Shown piece by piece: positions 1-9,106 of a DNA stretch of 55,048 nucleotides. The stretch's first letter is position 1; every line of letters begins with the position of its first letter. Below the pieces are notes generated by a model. The model was given only the letters and a program-made list of their open reading frames with translations, did no database searches and was not told the DNA's origin. Origin of the DNA: Candidatus Paceibacter sp. (GTDB lineage Bacteria; Patescibacteriota; Patescibacteriia; Magasanikbacterales; UBA922); contig DYFM01000009.1 of assembly GCA_020725175.1 (NCBI GenBank), positions 1-55,048 of the forward strand, given 5' to 3'. The translations under genes and the position numbers were made by a program.

Positions 1-19
1 CTAGTTTCTTTTTAGGCAT
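1..19 (-). CDS. Possible 5' end of a gene running off the left edge (MPKKKL...)
   Basis: ATG CCT AAA AAG AAA CTA on the minus strand from 19, preceded by TACTAT-N5. Only 6 codons are visible. Confidence 0.3.
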
Positions 20-87
20 AAAATATAGTACCGTTCGTATGGTATCACAAAAAGTAAATAGAATGAAGAAGATCTTAAGCGGAGTTA

Positions 88-123
88 TTTCTCTATTTCT
101 CTATTTCTCTATTTCGCTATTTC
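88..123. repeat. Octamer tandem array (TTTCTCTA)x3 TTTCGCTA overlapping the helicase stop codon
   Basis: Read directly. Preceded by GCGGAGTTA; GCGGAGTTATTTC at 79-91 recurs at 10793-10805. Confidence 0.85.
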
Positions 124-1455
124 CCCATCATTTTGTAATCCCCGCACATACTCCATCACCCGCCGATCGGTCCATATATGCCGCCGTTCGATTGGTTGCT
201 TGAGAACAATCCCTTCGAGCGAGGTGCAGCGGGATAGGGCGACATAGAGCTGTCCGGGAGAAAAAGTACCGGAACCAATATCAAGCAGCACACGGTCAAA
301 AGTCTTGCCTTGTGACTTGTGAATAGTCACAGCCCAGGCGAGTTTGAGAGGGTACTGGATAAACGAGCCGGCAATATCGGAGTCAATCTGTTTAGTTTCC
401 TTGTCATAGGTATACGTAAACATTTCCCAACGCGCCGGTAACACATCAACCTCAGTTCCATCATGCAACTCGACCACTACCACGTCCTTTTTCTCCTCTT
501 CATCAAAATGAAACGCAGTAACGCGACCAATAGTACCATTGATCCAGCGACCATACGGGTCATTATTGAGCATCATGACTTGCGCGCCAATTTTGAGCGT
601 CAAAAGTTCATCCGTCGGCAAGGCGTTTTTTTCAAACTCACCGGTAATGCGACCAAAAAACGTCCGCTCTTCCGTCTCGAGTTGTCGAAGGCTTTGTTCA
701 TTTATCCTTCCGGCGATCGCATTTGTTGTCGTGAGATACATGACTAAATCATCCGGATCAAACTCATGGTCAGAATCATGGCGACGATTGAGCAGTGTCA
801 AATGATGATCATTGGCGGTATTATTTCTAATAGCATTCAAAAGTTCAATAAAACGAGTATCATCTTGACGATAGATATGGGTTAACTCGATACATTCAAG
901 CGCTACCGATCGCGCGTCAACCAATAGTTGCCGTTGACTCGTAAACACATGCGCGGAAAAAAAGTATGGACTATCGTAATGCGCGGAAAAAATTTCTCGG
1001 TCCGCATTTGTCACGATTGGCGGGAGCTGATACAAATCTCCGATAAACACCATCTGCACCCCTCCAAACGGAACATCTCGCTCCCGACCATTGAGACGCA
1101 AAAACTTATCAATGCAGTCAATAAGATCAGCACGCACCATGGAAATCTCATCAATCACAATCGTGTCAAGCGTTTGATACAGTTTTCTTTCTCCGGCTGA
1201 ATCCAACCGATGCACCCGTTTCAAATTGACATCCGGTTTGAATCCGAAAAAAGAGTGAATTGTTTGCCCTTTTACATTGACCGCCGCGACACCGGTCGGA
1301 GCCAGCACTGCCAAGTTTTTCCTCGTTGTTTCTCGGACATAGTTCAATAAGGTCGATTTTCCGGTACCGGCTTTTCCGGTGATAAAGAGGTGTTTAGTCG
1401 TCTTTTCTATAAGATTAATAGCCTCTGTGAATTGTGGATTCAGATCTAGTTTCAT
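109..1455 (-). CDS. PIF1/RecD-like superfamily 1B DNA helicase
   Basis: 448 aa. Walker A GKAGTGKS, Walker B IDEISM, GDLYQLPP and AVTIHKSQGKTFD...YVALSR motifs. Confidence 0.92.
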   Translation of the reverse strand: MKLDLNPQFTEAINLIEKTTKHLFITGKAGTGKSTLLNYVRETTRKNLAVLAPTGVAAVNVKGQTIHSFFGFKPDVNLKRVHRLDSAGERKLYQTLDTIVIDEISMVRADLIDCIDKFLRLNGRERDVPFGGVQMVFIGDLYQLPPIVTNADREIFSAHYDSPYFFSAHVFTSQRQLLVDARSVALECIELTHIYRQDDTRFIELLNAIRNNTANDHHLTLLNRRHDSDHEFDPDDLVMYLTTTNAIAGRINEQSLRQLETEERTFFGRITGEFEKNALPTDELLTLKIGAQVMMLNNDPYGRWINGTIGRVTAFHFDEEEKKDVVVVELHDGTEVDVLPARWEMFTYTYDKETKQIDSDIAGSFIQYPLKLAWAVTIHKSQGKTFDRVLLDIGSGTFSPGQLYVALSRCTSLEGIVLKQPIERRHIWTDRRVMEYVRGLQNDGEIAK

Positions 1456-1459
1456 ATTT

Positions 1460-1580
1460 CAGATAACAGATAACAGATAGCAGATAACACACAACAAATA
1501 ACACTGTACCAAAAAATGAAAATATTTCTCAAACATGAGTAACAATGAGAAACATCGAAGAGGTTATGTTATTTGTTATC
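1460..1580. repeat. Heptamer array (CAGATAA-like x6, 1460-1501) with an inverted partial copy (TTATGTTATTTGTTATC, 1564-1580)
   Basis: Read directly; the reverse complement of 1564-1580 is GATAACAAATAACATAA. Confidence 0.75.
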
Positions 1581-1606
1581 CAAACAAGTATACTAAAAAT
1601 AGACAA

Positions 1607-1640
1607 GAAAAACCACCCTCGGATAAAAGGGCGGCTCTTC
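1607..1640 (-). terminator. Probable intrinsic terminator after the PA14 gene
   Basis: Minus strand GCCGCCCT-loop-AGGGTGGT followed by TTTTC, just downstream of the stop at 1654. Confidence 0.6.
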
Positions 1641-1653
1641 ATGTGTCGGTTTG

Positions 1654-4584
1654 TTAATGAATGACCGTAATTGTCTCGGTGTCAATGACAACATCTGAAA
1701 GATTTTTGGCTTGGAATTCGAGATCATACATATTGTCTGCTTCCCAATTCCAACCACTAAAATCTATATAGTTGTGTTTGTAGTCTCCAGAAGGATCGTC
1801 TATGAGAGACGTATACGGACCACTCCCATTGACGCGCCAACCGAGGGTGTAATCGGACAAATCTCGTCCTTCCACATACGCTCGTACTTCTACCACACCC
1901 GAAACAGTACTTCCGTCAGTCGGTTGCAATACTACAATATCATCCGGTTCGACTGAAACATCTGTCCACGAAAGTTCTGCCACTGCTCCGCCGCCGTTTT
2001 CATAATACTCTACCTCAACAAGATGTACGCCGGCAGAAAGCTCTGCGGTAAAGATGTGTGTGGTTGGGGGTTGGTCGTAAAATTTATCCAAGACCACGTC
2101 ACCATCGATTTTTACCCGCATTCCATCATCGGTCCTTGCGGTAAACTGATGCGTTCCGCTCGAGAACATAAAGTTACCGGCCCATGCAACAGAAAATGTA
2201 TCCGGAGCAATGGACGCATCCGGTGAACCACCGCCCCAATCAAAATCAATCATTGGATCATTGCGAACCACTTTAAGGTCTGTGAAGTTTTGGTTGTCGT
2301 AGTAGCAGCCGGTAAATGTTTCACTTCCCGGAACTCCACAGCTTGGCACCACCCCGGCTTTTTCCCAGGACAGTTTGGCAACCGCATCACCACCATGTTC
2401 ATAATATTTCACTTCGATCATATGTGTTCCACTCGTCATTGTTTCATTGAACGTATACGTTGTAGCTGATTGATCAAAGTATTTATCCAGTACCAAGACT
2501 CCATCAATCCATATTTGCATTCCATCATCCGTTACAGCGGTAAATGTATATTCCGCGGCATCAAACGTGAAGTTTCCTTTCCAATGCGCCGAGAATGTAT
2601 CCGGTTGAACTGCCGGATCTGGTGAACCACCGCCCCAATCATTGTTAATCGTCGGATCGGTGCGAACAACGGCTAGATTGGTAAAGTCTTGATTGTCGTA
2701 ATAACACGCGGTAAACGCTCCACTCGCCGCCGGACCACAAACCAGCCCACCGCTACTTGAGACCGTAAAAGTTGTCCCAACATTATCCCAATGATACAGG
2801 GCGGACCAATCGCTCGCAAACACACCAAGTTTCACCTGATATTCTCCCGGAGTTATGGGCGCACTGAGATTCCACACCACTTCTTTGGCAACTCCGGCCA
2901 ACAAATCAGCAGGCACAATCTGCTGGTCCACCATCACATCGGAACTATTGTAGAGCTCAAGATCAATGTTGGCGTTCAAGAGCGTTTGATTCGATGTAAT
3001 CATAGCCGTAACTTCGACCGGATCACCAGCTGTATAACTAGCCGCGTCTGAGGTGATCGTATCATCAATCATGAGATCCCCCATCATTTCCCATGACAAT
3101 TGCGCCACCGCATCACCTTCATTTTCGTAATACTTCACCTCAATCAAGTGTTCTCCGGCCAAATCCTCCGTAAACTCATACACAGTTTCCGGTTGGTCAA
3201 AATACTTATCGAGTAGGAGGACGCCGTCAATGTATACTTGCATTCCGTCATCTGTTATAGCGGTAAATTTGTACGTTCCGGTTGCAAAAGTAAAGATTCC
3301 TTTCCACACAACCGAAAACGTATCCGGTTCCACTGACGAATCCGGAGAACCCATACCGACATCCATGTTTACGGCTGGTTCTGTTTGAACTACTTGAAGA
3401 TCAGTAACATCCATGTTGTTGTAATAGCACGCGGTAAATGCTTCTGTACCAGGAGCCCCACACAGCGGACCAACCGGTGGTTCAAGTTCCCAAGAAAGTT
3501 TTGCTACCGACTTACCGAGATTTTCATAATACTTTACTTCAATTAGATGTTCTCCCGCAGTCATTTCATACGGAAACTGGTACTCCGTCTCTGCTTGATT
3601 GAAATACTTATCAAGAACCATTACCCCATCAACATATACCTGCATTCCGTCATCGGTTACTGCGGTAAAATTGTACGTTCCACTACTAAAGGTAAATTCA
3701 CCTTTCCAAACGACAGAAAATGTATTTGGATCAATAGCCGGATCAGGTGAACCGGTCGCAAAGTTGAAGTTAATTTCACTATCAGTTCTTACTACAACCA
3801 AATCAGTGTGATCTGAATTGTTGTAATAACAACCGGTAAACGCGTTTGTTGCCGGACCAGAACATACCAATGGTAATGGAATGACAGGTTCTGGTACCTC
3901 TGGCACCACGTTGGTAGGTATTTCCTCCTCACTCTCTTCATTCCCCTCCTCTTCTTGTTGAGTTGTATCTTCACACACAAGTTCTGTCTTTACCCAGTTC
4001 ATACTCGCCACGGAAAGATGCAATTGACTTTTTCCGGTTTTTGGCAAAAGAAACAAAATGTGTTGCAATGATTCAGCGGTAAACGCTGGTGAAGAAAAAT
4101 GGCTCAATGGTACTGTGACTACCACATCAGTATCACTGATGATAGAGGCATCTACCGGAACAATCACCGAAGCGCCGGCAGTCCATTCATTATCATAAAA
4201 CTGCAACGATACTGGGGCTTCTCCCAAATCTCCTTGCAGCACCTCACCGTGTAATGTGAGTTCCAATGAATGATACATGGAAATATCCATTGATGAATCA
4301 AAAGTAAATCGAACATACCCTTGATCATTTGCATCCCACGCACCTAATGTCGCGGTAAATGACCCAACATCAGCCTGGGTAACAGTTGATGTAGTTAAAC
4401 CATTTTGCACCACAGTTTCCGGCAATTGAACCGGAGTTTTAACCTCAGAGGCAACCGGATTTTCACATCCCGGCTCTTCCACCGCTTGTACTGTCTGGGG
4501 TGGATTAAACAGAAACGTTTGCGCAAGGACCATAGCGCTTGCGACAAAGAAAAACAATGTTTTTCTGGTAACTTCGTATACCAT
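1654..4584 (-). CDS. Secreted/surface protein with four PA14 domains plus beta-sandwich (CBM/Ig-like) regions
   Basis: 976 aa with an N-terminal signal-like segment. Four ~125-aa repeats AFT(G/A)CYY..TDDGM..H.IEV.YYE..G..VA.LSW, each keeping the PA14 DDG motif. Confidence 0.85.
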   Translation of the reverse strand: MVYEVTRKTLFFFVASAMVLAQTFLFNPPQTVQAVEEPGCENPVASEVKTPVQLPETVVQNGLTTSTVTQADVGSFTATLGAWDANDQGYVRFTFDSSMDISMYHSLELTLHGEVLQGDLGEAPVSLQFYDNEWTAGASVIVPVDASIISDTDVVVTVPLSHFSSPAFTAESLQHILFLLPKTGKSQLHLSVASMNWVKTELVCEDTTQQEEEGNEESEEEIPTNVVPEVPEPVIPLPLVCSGPATNAFTGCYYNNSDHTDLVVVRTDSEINFNFATGSPDPAIDPNTFSVVWKGEFTFSSGTYNFTAVTDDGMQVYVDGVMVLDKYFNQAETEYQFPYEMTAGEHLIEVKYYENLGKSVAKLSWELEPPVGPLCGAPGTEAFTACYYNNMDVTDLQVVQTEPAVNMDVGMGSPDSSVEPDTFSVVWKGIFTFATGTYKFTAITDDGMQVYIDGVLLLDKYFDQPETVYEFTEDLAGEHLIEVKYYENEGDAVAQLSWEMMGDLMIDDTITSDAASYTAGDPVEVTAMITSNQTLLNANIDLELYNSSDVMVDQQIVPADLLAGVAKEVVWNLSAPITPGEYQVKLGVFASDWSALYHWDNVGTTFTVSSSGGLVCGPAASGAFTACYYDNQDFTNLAVVRTDPTINNDWGGGSPDPAVQPDTFSAHWKGNFTFDAAEYTFTAVTDDGMQIWIDGVLVLDKYFDQSATTYTFNETMTSGTHMIEVKYYEHGGDAVAKLSWEKAGVVPSCGVPGSETFTGCYYDNQNFTDLKVVRNDPMIDFDWGGGSPDASIAPDTFSVAWAGNFMFSSGTHQFTARTDDGMRVKIDGDVVLDKFYDQPPTTHIFTAELSAGVHLVEVEYYENGGGAVAELSWTDVSVEPDDIVVLQPTDGSTVSGVVEVRAYVEGRDLSDYTLGWRVNGSGPYTSLIDDPSGDYKHNYIDFSGWNWEADNMYDLEFQAKNLSDVVIDTETITVIH

Positions 4585-4747
4585 AGGCGTATAGTTAATG
4601 ATACACGACCGTCTGAATGTTGAGATGGATAATCACCACACTGGTGATTGGTGGATTGCATATGTATTGCTACCACCTGTATGTACTATAACCATCTCAG
4701 CAATTAATGCAAGTACCAATCTACAACGCCCGAAACAGTTGCTTTGT

Positions 4748-5941
4748 TTACCCAAAACTTCGCACCGATCGCTTTTCCTGATGAAGCCAGTGCACAATGT
4801 CCGATAACTGAATCATTCCAAGAATTCCCCGCGTATCAACCACCGGCAACTGCTGCAATTGTCTTTGAGAGAGTTTTCGATATGCTGTCACAACCCGGTC
4901 TCCCGGAGCCACTCGTTCAACATGCTCTATCGGCTTCATTATATCGGCGGCAACATGCTTTTGTCGCTCTTTTGTATCCATTCCAACAATGTCTTGATAT
5001 CGTATACACCCGACCGTTTCTCCCTTTTCAAGCACCATAAACAGCTCCGTTTGATTGTGCTTCAAATGCAATTCGTAGAGTTCCTGCACAGACACTTGCG
5101 CGCCCACCGATACATACCCTGCACGCATCACATCTTCTACCCGAAGTCCGCTGAGAAGCGAATCAATGACAGTATCACGATAGCTGGCTCTAGCGATAAC
5201 ATATAAAAACCATCCGATAAAAATAAGCCATAGCCCGGAAAAAATTCCGGTTCCTAACACTGGAAATACAAAACCCACCGCCATCAAAAAACCGATTGCC
5301 ATAAAACTGATCGCCACCCCTCGACCGAGCCAAGAAGCGTACACAGTAGCGCGCTGAATATTTCCGGTCAATGCCCATAAGAATGACCGGACAATTCTTC
5401 CGCCATCAAGTGGAAACCCCGGCACCAGATTAAAAATTCCCACAAATATATTGACAGTTCCAAGCCACATCAACGTCAACGCCAACGGACTGAGAAATTG
5501 GAGTACGATCAATGGATCTTGAACTCCAGCTGGAAAGGTTCCCGGAAGATACCCGGCAAACAGCAAACACACCACCCCAATGACCAAACTGGTCAATGGT
5601 CCGGCCGCGGCCATAAAAAACTCTGTCCGGGGAGTCGGTGGTTCATGTTCCATGTTGGCAACTCCCCCAAATAAAAATAGCGTAATTCGATCAATAGCAA
5701 TTCCTTTTTTCTTGGCCACCAAAGAGTGCGCGAGCTCATGTGCTAATATGGATACAAAAAATAAGATCGCTGCGACTCCGGCCAATACCCAGGTAAAGAG
5801 AGCTGACCATTCCGGATGAAGAGATGGGAATACACCCAACGCCAAATCAAGTGTCACCAAAAAGAAAATCAGAAACCAGCTCATGTGTAAATACAGTGAA
5901 ATACCAAAAAGTTTTCCTATATACCAAGAAGATTTCCACAT
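4748..5941 (-). CDS. Site-2 protease (peptidase M50) with C-terminal CBS pair
   Basis: HELAH zinc motif, NLVPGFPLDGG motif, several TM segments, C-terminal CBS-like repeats. Confidence 0.92.
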   Translation of the reverse strand: MWKSSWYIGKLFGISLYLHMSWFLIFFLVTLDLALGVFPSLHPEWSALFTWVLAGVAAILFFVSILAHELAHSLVAKKKGIAIDRITLFLFGGVANMEHEPPTPRTEFFMAAAGPLTSLVIGVVCLLFAGYLPGTFPAGVQDPLIVLQFLSPLALTLMWLGTVNIFVGIFNLVPGFPLDGGRIVRSFLWALTGNIQRATVYASWLGRGVAISFMAIGFLMAVGFVFPVLGTGIFSGLWLIFIGWFLYVIARASYRDTVIDSLLSGLRVEDVMRAGYVSVGAQVSVQELYELHLKHNQTELFMVLEKGETVGCIRYQDIVGMDTKERQKHVAADIMKPIEHVERVAPGDRVVTAYRKLSQRQLQQLPVVDTRGILGMIQLSDIVHWLHQEKRSVRSFG

Positions 5942-6089
5942 ATATCAAACATTACAAGTACTCTTTTTTAGTATGACCCTCTGATGTCATTCTGTCAAAA
6001 GAAATAAAAAACATGTATCAGAAAAACATGTTTTGGTGCCACCCCTATACCTTTCTTTCAGTATGGTACTAAAAAACTAACCGAATACA

Positions 6090-6935
6090 TTATTGGTTGA
6101 AGAAAGAAAATGTTTCGAGCATTGTCTCCACCACGGTAGCATATCCTCGATTCTCCGGATCGGGTGCTACATATGAAATATGAAGCGTAGAAGTAGGTGA
6201 AAGAAACACGTATCGATGATGACTTACCCCCAACGTATCCGCCGAATACTCATACGCTCTTCTCCCAGCAAACGTTGTTGTAGAAACCGGATTGATTAAT
6301 TCCCCAATTGCCTGCACGTCAGTTATTTGTTCTCGTACATACGCGTTGAGAGATTCATAATCAGTCGTATCTACTACAGCAATTGTAAGAGATATCCCGT
6401 CAAAAAACTCCGTATTTGGATCTTGGGTTGGTCCGGAATACGTAAAAGCAACCGACCCGTCCACTGGATTCTTTACCATGAGAGCATTTGGGTATAATAA
6501 AGAAAACCCAATTTCAGTATTGGTATACTCTTGCCACTGAGATACCGGAGAAAAACCGTTTGGAAATGATCCATTGTTCACTGATCCATCTGGACTATCA
6601 GGTGCGTTGGTTACAGTAAAGGTACATGTATAGGCACAAACCTCTGCACAAATTTCCGCGCCCGGTTCACAGACTGTCCCACAAGCATCAAAATTTCCAC
6701 CTCGTTCTTCACAGTGCTGCCGGTAAGGTATCTCATTTTCAGACGTGTCTGTCGTATATACGATTTTATTGGTATACTCTGACAGAATGTCTACCGTACT
6801 GGTAGTTGGTTGCCCTGTATTTGGAGTTTCCTCCGGCCCTCCGGAATACCGATTTACATAGGTAAACACTACAGCCAAAACCACAGCCAAAACAATAATC
6901 CCAACCAACAAATACAAGATTGTTTTTTTATTCAT
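6090..6935 (-). CDS. Membrane-anchored hypothetical protein with a Cys-rich motif and a PsbP-like C-terminal domain
   Basis: N-terminal TM helix, CEERGG..CGTVC..C..VC..TC motif, WQEYTN..GFSLLYP start of a PsbP-like region. The domain call is by resemblance only. Confidence 0.6.
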   Translation of the reverse strand: MNKKTILYLLVGIIVLAVVLAVVFTYVNRYSGGPEETPNTGQPTTSTVDILSEYTNKIVYTTDTSENEIPYRQHCEERGGNFDACGTVCEPGAEICAEVCAYTCTFTVTNAPDSPDGSVNNGSFPNGFSPVSQWQEYTNTEIGFSLLYPNALMVKNPVDGSVAFTYSGPTQDPNTEFFDGISLTIAVVDTTDYESLNAYVREQITDVQAIGELINPVSTTTFAGRRAYEYSADTLGVSHHRYVFLSPTSTLHISYVAPDPENRGYATVVETMLETFSFFNQ

Positions 6936-7173
6936 AAAAAAAATTGTACTATATCGTCTCTATGTACCATAGCAAGCATGATGTATAGCGTCAAGTGTGA
7001 CATTATCTACTGCTCGTGTAATATCTTAGAACTCCAAATGAATGAATTTTACCGCCGCACGTGTCCGCCTTGCTTGTCCGCCTTGTTTACCCGCCTCGGG
7101 TGGAGGTGGGGGCTGTGGGTTGATTTACAACAAAAATTTCGAATCGTTTGTGATTTTTTGCTAATCCTCAAAG

Positions 7174-7205
7174 AAAAAACCTACCAACAAAGGTGATAGG
7201 TTTTT
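7174..7205 (-). terminator. Probable intrinsic terminator (AAAAACCTA...TAGGTTTTT)
   Basis: 9-bp inverted repeat 7175-7183/7197-7205, T-run on the minus strand downstream of the 7241 gene. Confidence 0.65.
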
Positions 7206-7240
7206 GGATTATTTCAAGACAAAGCTGTGTAAAGTACACT

Positions 7241-7594
7241 TCACTTTCTATTTTTTTTCGTTGCTGATGATAATTTTTTTTCTTTGGCCAATTTTTTCTT
7301 TTCCTTCTCCTTATCTTCTTTTTTTGCCAGCCGACTCACATAGATGGACACAGTAACAACAACCAGAGAAATGAGTAACGCATAGACAAACTTGGCTTTC
7401 ACGGTATTTTCTTGTTGCGGAAAATAAGCTTCGATCAAGGCTTTTATCGCGTCATTCCAAGCCAACCCGGCCACAAGTCCGAGCGCGGCCACAATATACC
7501 CAACAATTTTTGCAGTTACTTCAGTTCGTAACGAGCGAGTTTCTTCTCGAAATCGCTCAAGCTGTGGCGGAAAAGGAAGTCCATCTGGAGACAT
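7241..7594 (-). CDS. Small two-TM membrane protein (DUF5654-like)
   Basis: IVAALGLVAGLAWNDAIKALI motif, two hydrophobic helices, Lys-rich tail. Confidence 0.75.
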   Translation of the reverse strand: MSPDGLPFPPQLERFREETRSLRTEVTAKIVGYIVAALGLVAGLAWNDAIKALIEAYFPQQENTVKAKFVYALLISLVVVTVSIYVSRLAKKEDKEKEKKKLAKEKKLSSATKKNRK

Positions 7595-7598
7595 AACA

Positions 7599-8111
7599 CT
7601 ATGTTTTCTTTAATAAGTAAAAAATCAATACGACACCCACCAACACTCCCAAGATACCTAAGAATAGCATACCAAACAATAGCATAGAAGTTACGGAAAA
7701 AAAGGTAAGTACCGAACCGGCTACCATCGGATCAAAGATCAAAAGAAAACTAGGAACTATAAACAATGGGGCGAGAGTAAAAACTAACACAATGAGTAAC
7801 ACCCCTAGCCATCGTCGCTTTTCCGCTGTTTCAAGAAGCCGATACGCCGGCGGCGGACACACTTCTGTTGGATCCACTTTGGTACTTCTAAGTTCGCTTT
7901 CATGCTGTTCCGGTGTCACAGTATCTTGCTCTGGTTTTTCGGGAGTAATAATTGCCAAAGCAATATACACGATTACTCCTACCCCACCAAAGAAAATACT
8001 CAAGACAAACAATAGCCGCACAATAACCGGATCAATATCTAGATATTCAGCGACACCCCCTCCTATCCCAGCCAGCATTCGATCCGTCTTTGACCGATAC
8101 AAACGTTTCAT
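7599..8111 (-). CDS. PspC domain-containing membrane protein
   Basis: MKRLYRSKTDRMLAGIGGGVAEYLDIDPVIVRLLF is a classic PspC N-terminus, so the start was moved to the ATG at 8111. Confidence 0.88.
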   Translation of the reverse strand: MKRLYRSKTDRMLAGIGGGVAEYLDIDPVIVRLLFVLSIFFGGVGVIVYIALAIITPEKPEQDTVTPEQHESELRSTKVDPTEVCPPPAYRLLETAEKRRWLGVLLIVLVFTLAPLFIVPSFLLIFDPMVAGSVLTFFSVTSMLLFGMLFLGILGVLVGVVLIFYLLKKT

Positions 8112-8244
8112 AAAAGATTTGTAACAATTGTAGTATAAGTGTATTGGAGGTATTGATGAATTTATACGAACAAACCGCACAGAATCACGACAGAATTCCC
8201 TAACAATTCGTTCTATTCGTCAATGTATATTCCATCAAAAAAAA

Positions 8245-9021
8245 TTATTTTTTCGCCACCACCACCGGAGTCTTTCCAATTACTTCAACCGGCACACCCA
8301 CCCCAATATGCTCATACAAAAATTTTGCGTCCGCTTCTTTCATGTTTACACAACCATGCGACATAGGACGCACCCCAAATTGATTGTGCCAGTAGGCGGT
8401 ATGGATAAAATAGCGCGGAATAAACTGCATGTTCCATTTTACATTTGGGATATCATAGTCAAATGCTCGATAGCGCGCGACCGGAATTTTTCGTTGCACC
8501 GCAAATGTACCGGTTGGAGTTGGGGTTGACAGTTTTCCGGTTGATACGGGAAAGTGTTTTACCGCAATCTCATTCACATGATATGCAAGTTGCTGTTCAT
8601 TCAAGTTGACAATCAACTTTTGACTGAGTCGTGCATCTGCTTTCGGAATAAGTGGACTGTACCCGTGCATCACTTCGGTATAGTCGGAAAAACTGTCTCC
8701 GTCTGTATCATAATTAGTTGGGTCAGTCTGAAATAAATGTTCCAACCAATCATTCAACCCATCAGTATCTGTGTCCACAAGTCGAGCCTCCGCCTCCACA
8801 ATAGGAGGAGACAATGGATCTGTCCCTCGCAACACCTCTATCCCATCCTCAATACCATCTCCATCCGTATCTGTTTTGGTGGGATCTGTACCGTACTTGA
8901 TTTCAAGATCATATGGTAATAAGTCAAAATCATCATCATTATCAATGGCTCCAACCGGAAGAGAAAAAGAAAGAAGTATTAAAAAAACCAAAGAAGAGGC
9001 AAAAAAAGCAATTCGTTTCAT
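8245..9021 (-). CDS. L,D-transpeptidase (YkuD domain) with DxDxDG Ca-binding repeats
   Basis: FIHTAYW...SHGCVNM catalytic motif, PVSTGK..PTPTGTF, signal peptide, DTDGDG repeats. Confidence 0.9.
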   Translation of the reverse strand: MKRIAFFASSLVFLILLSFSLPVGAIDNDDDFDLLPYDLEIKYGTDPTKTDTDGDGIEDGIEVLRGTDPLSPPIVEAEARLVDTDTDGLNDWLEHLFQTDPTNYDTDGDSFSDYTEVMHGYSPLIPKADARLSQKLIVNLNEQQLAYHVNEIAVKHFPVSTGKLSTPTPTGTFAVQRKIPVARYRAFDYDIPNVKWNMQFIPRYFIHTAYWHNQFGVRPMSHGCVNMKEADAKFLYEHIGVGVPVEVIGKTPVVVAKK

Positions 9022-9106
9022 ACGTAATACATTAACAAGTTACAGTGATAGCCTATCATGCTTTTCTCAATCTGTAAAATACACATTTATCAGAACAAAA
9101 CTCCGA

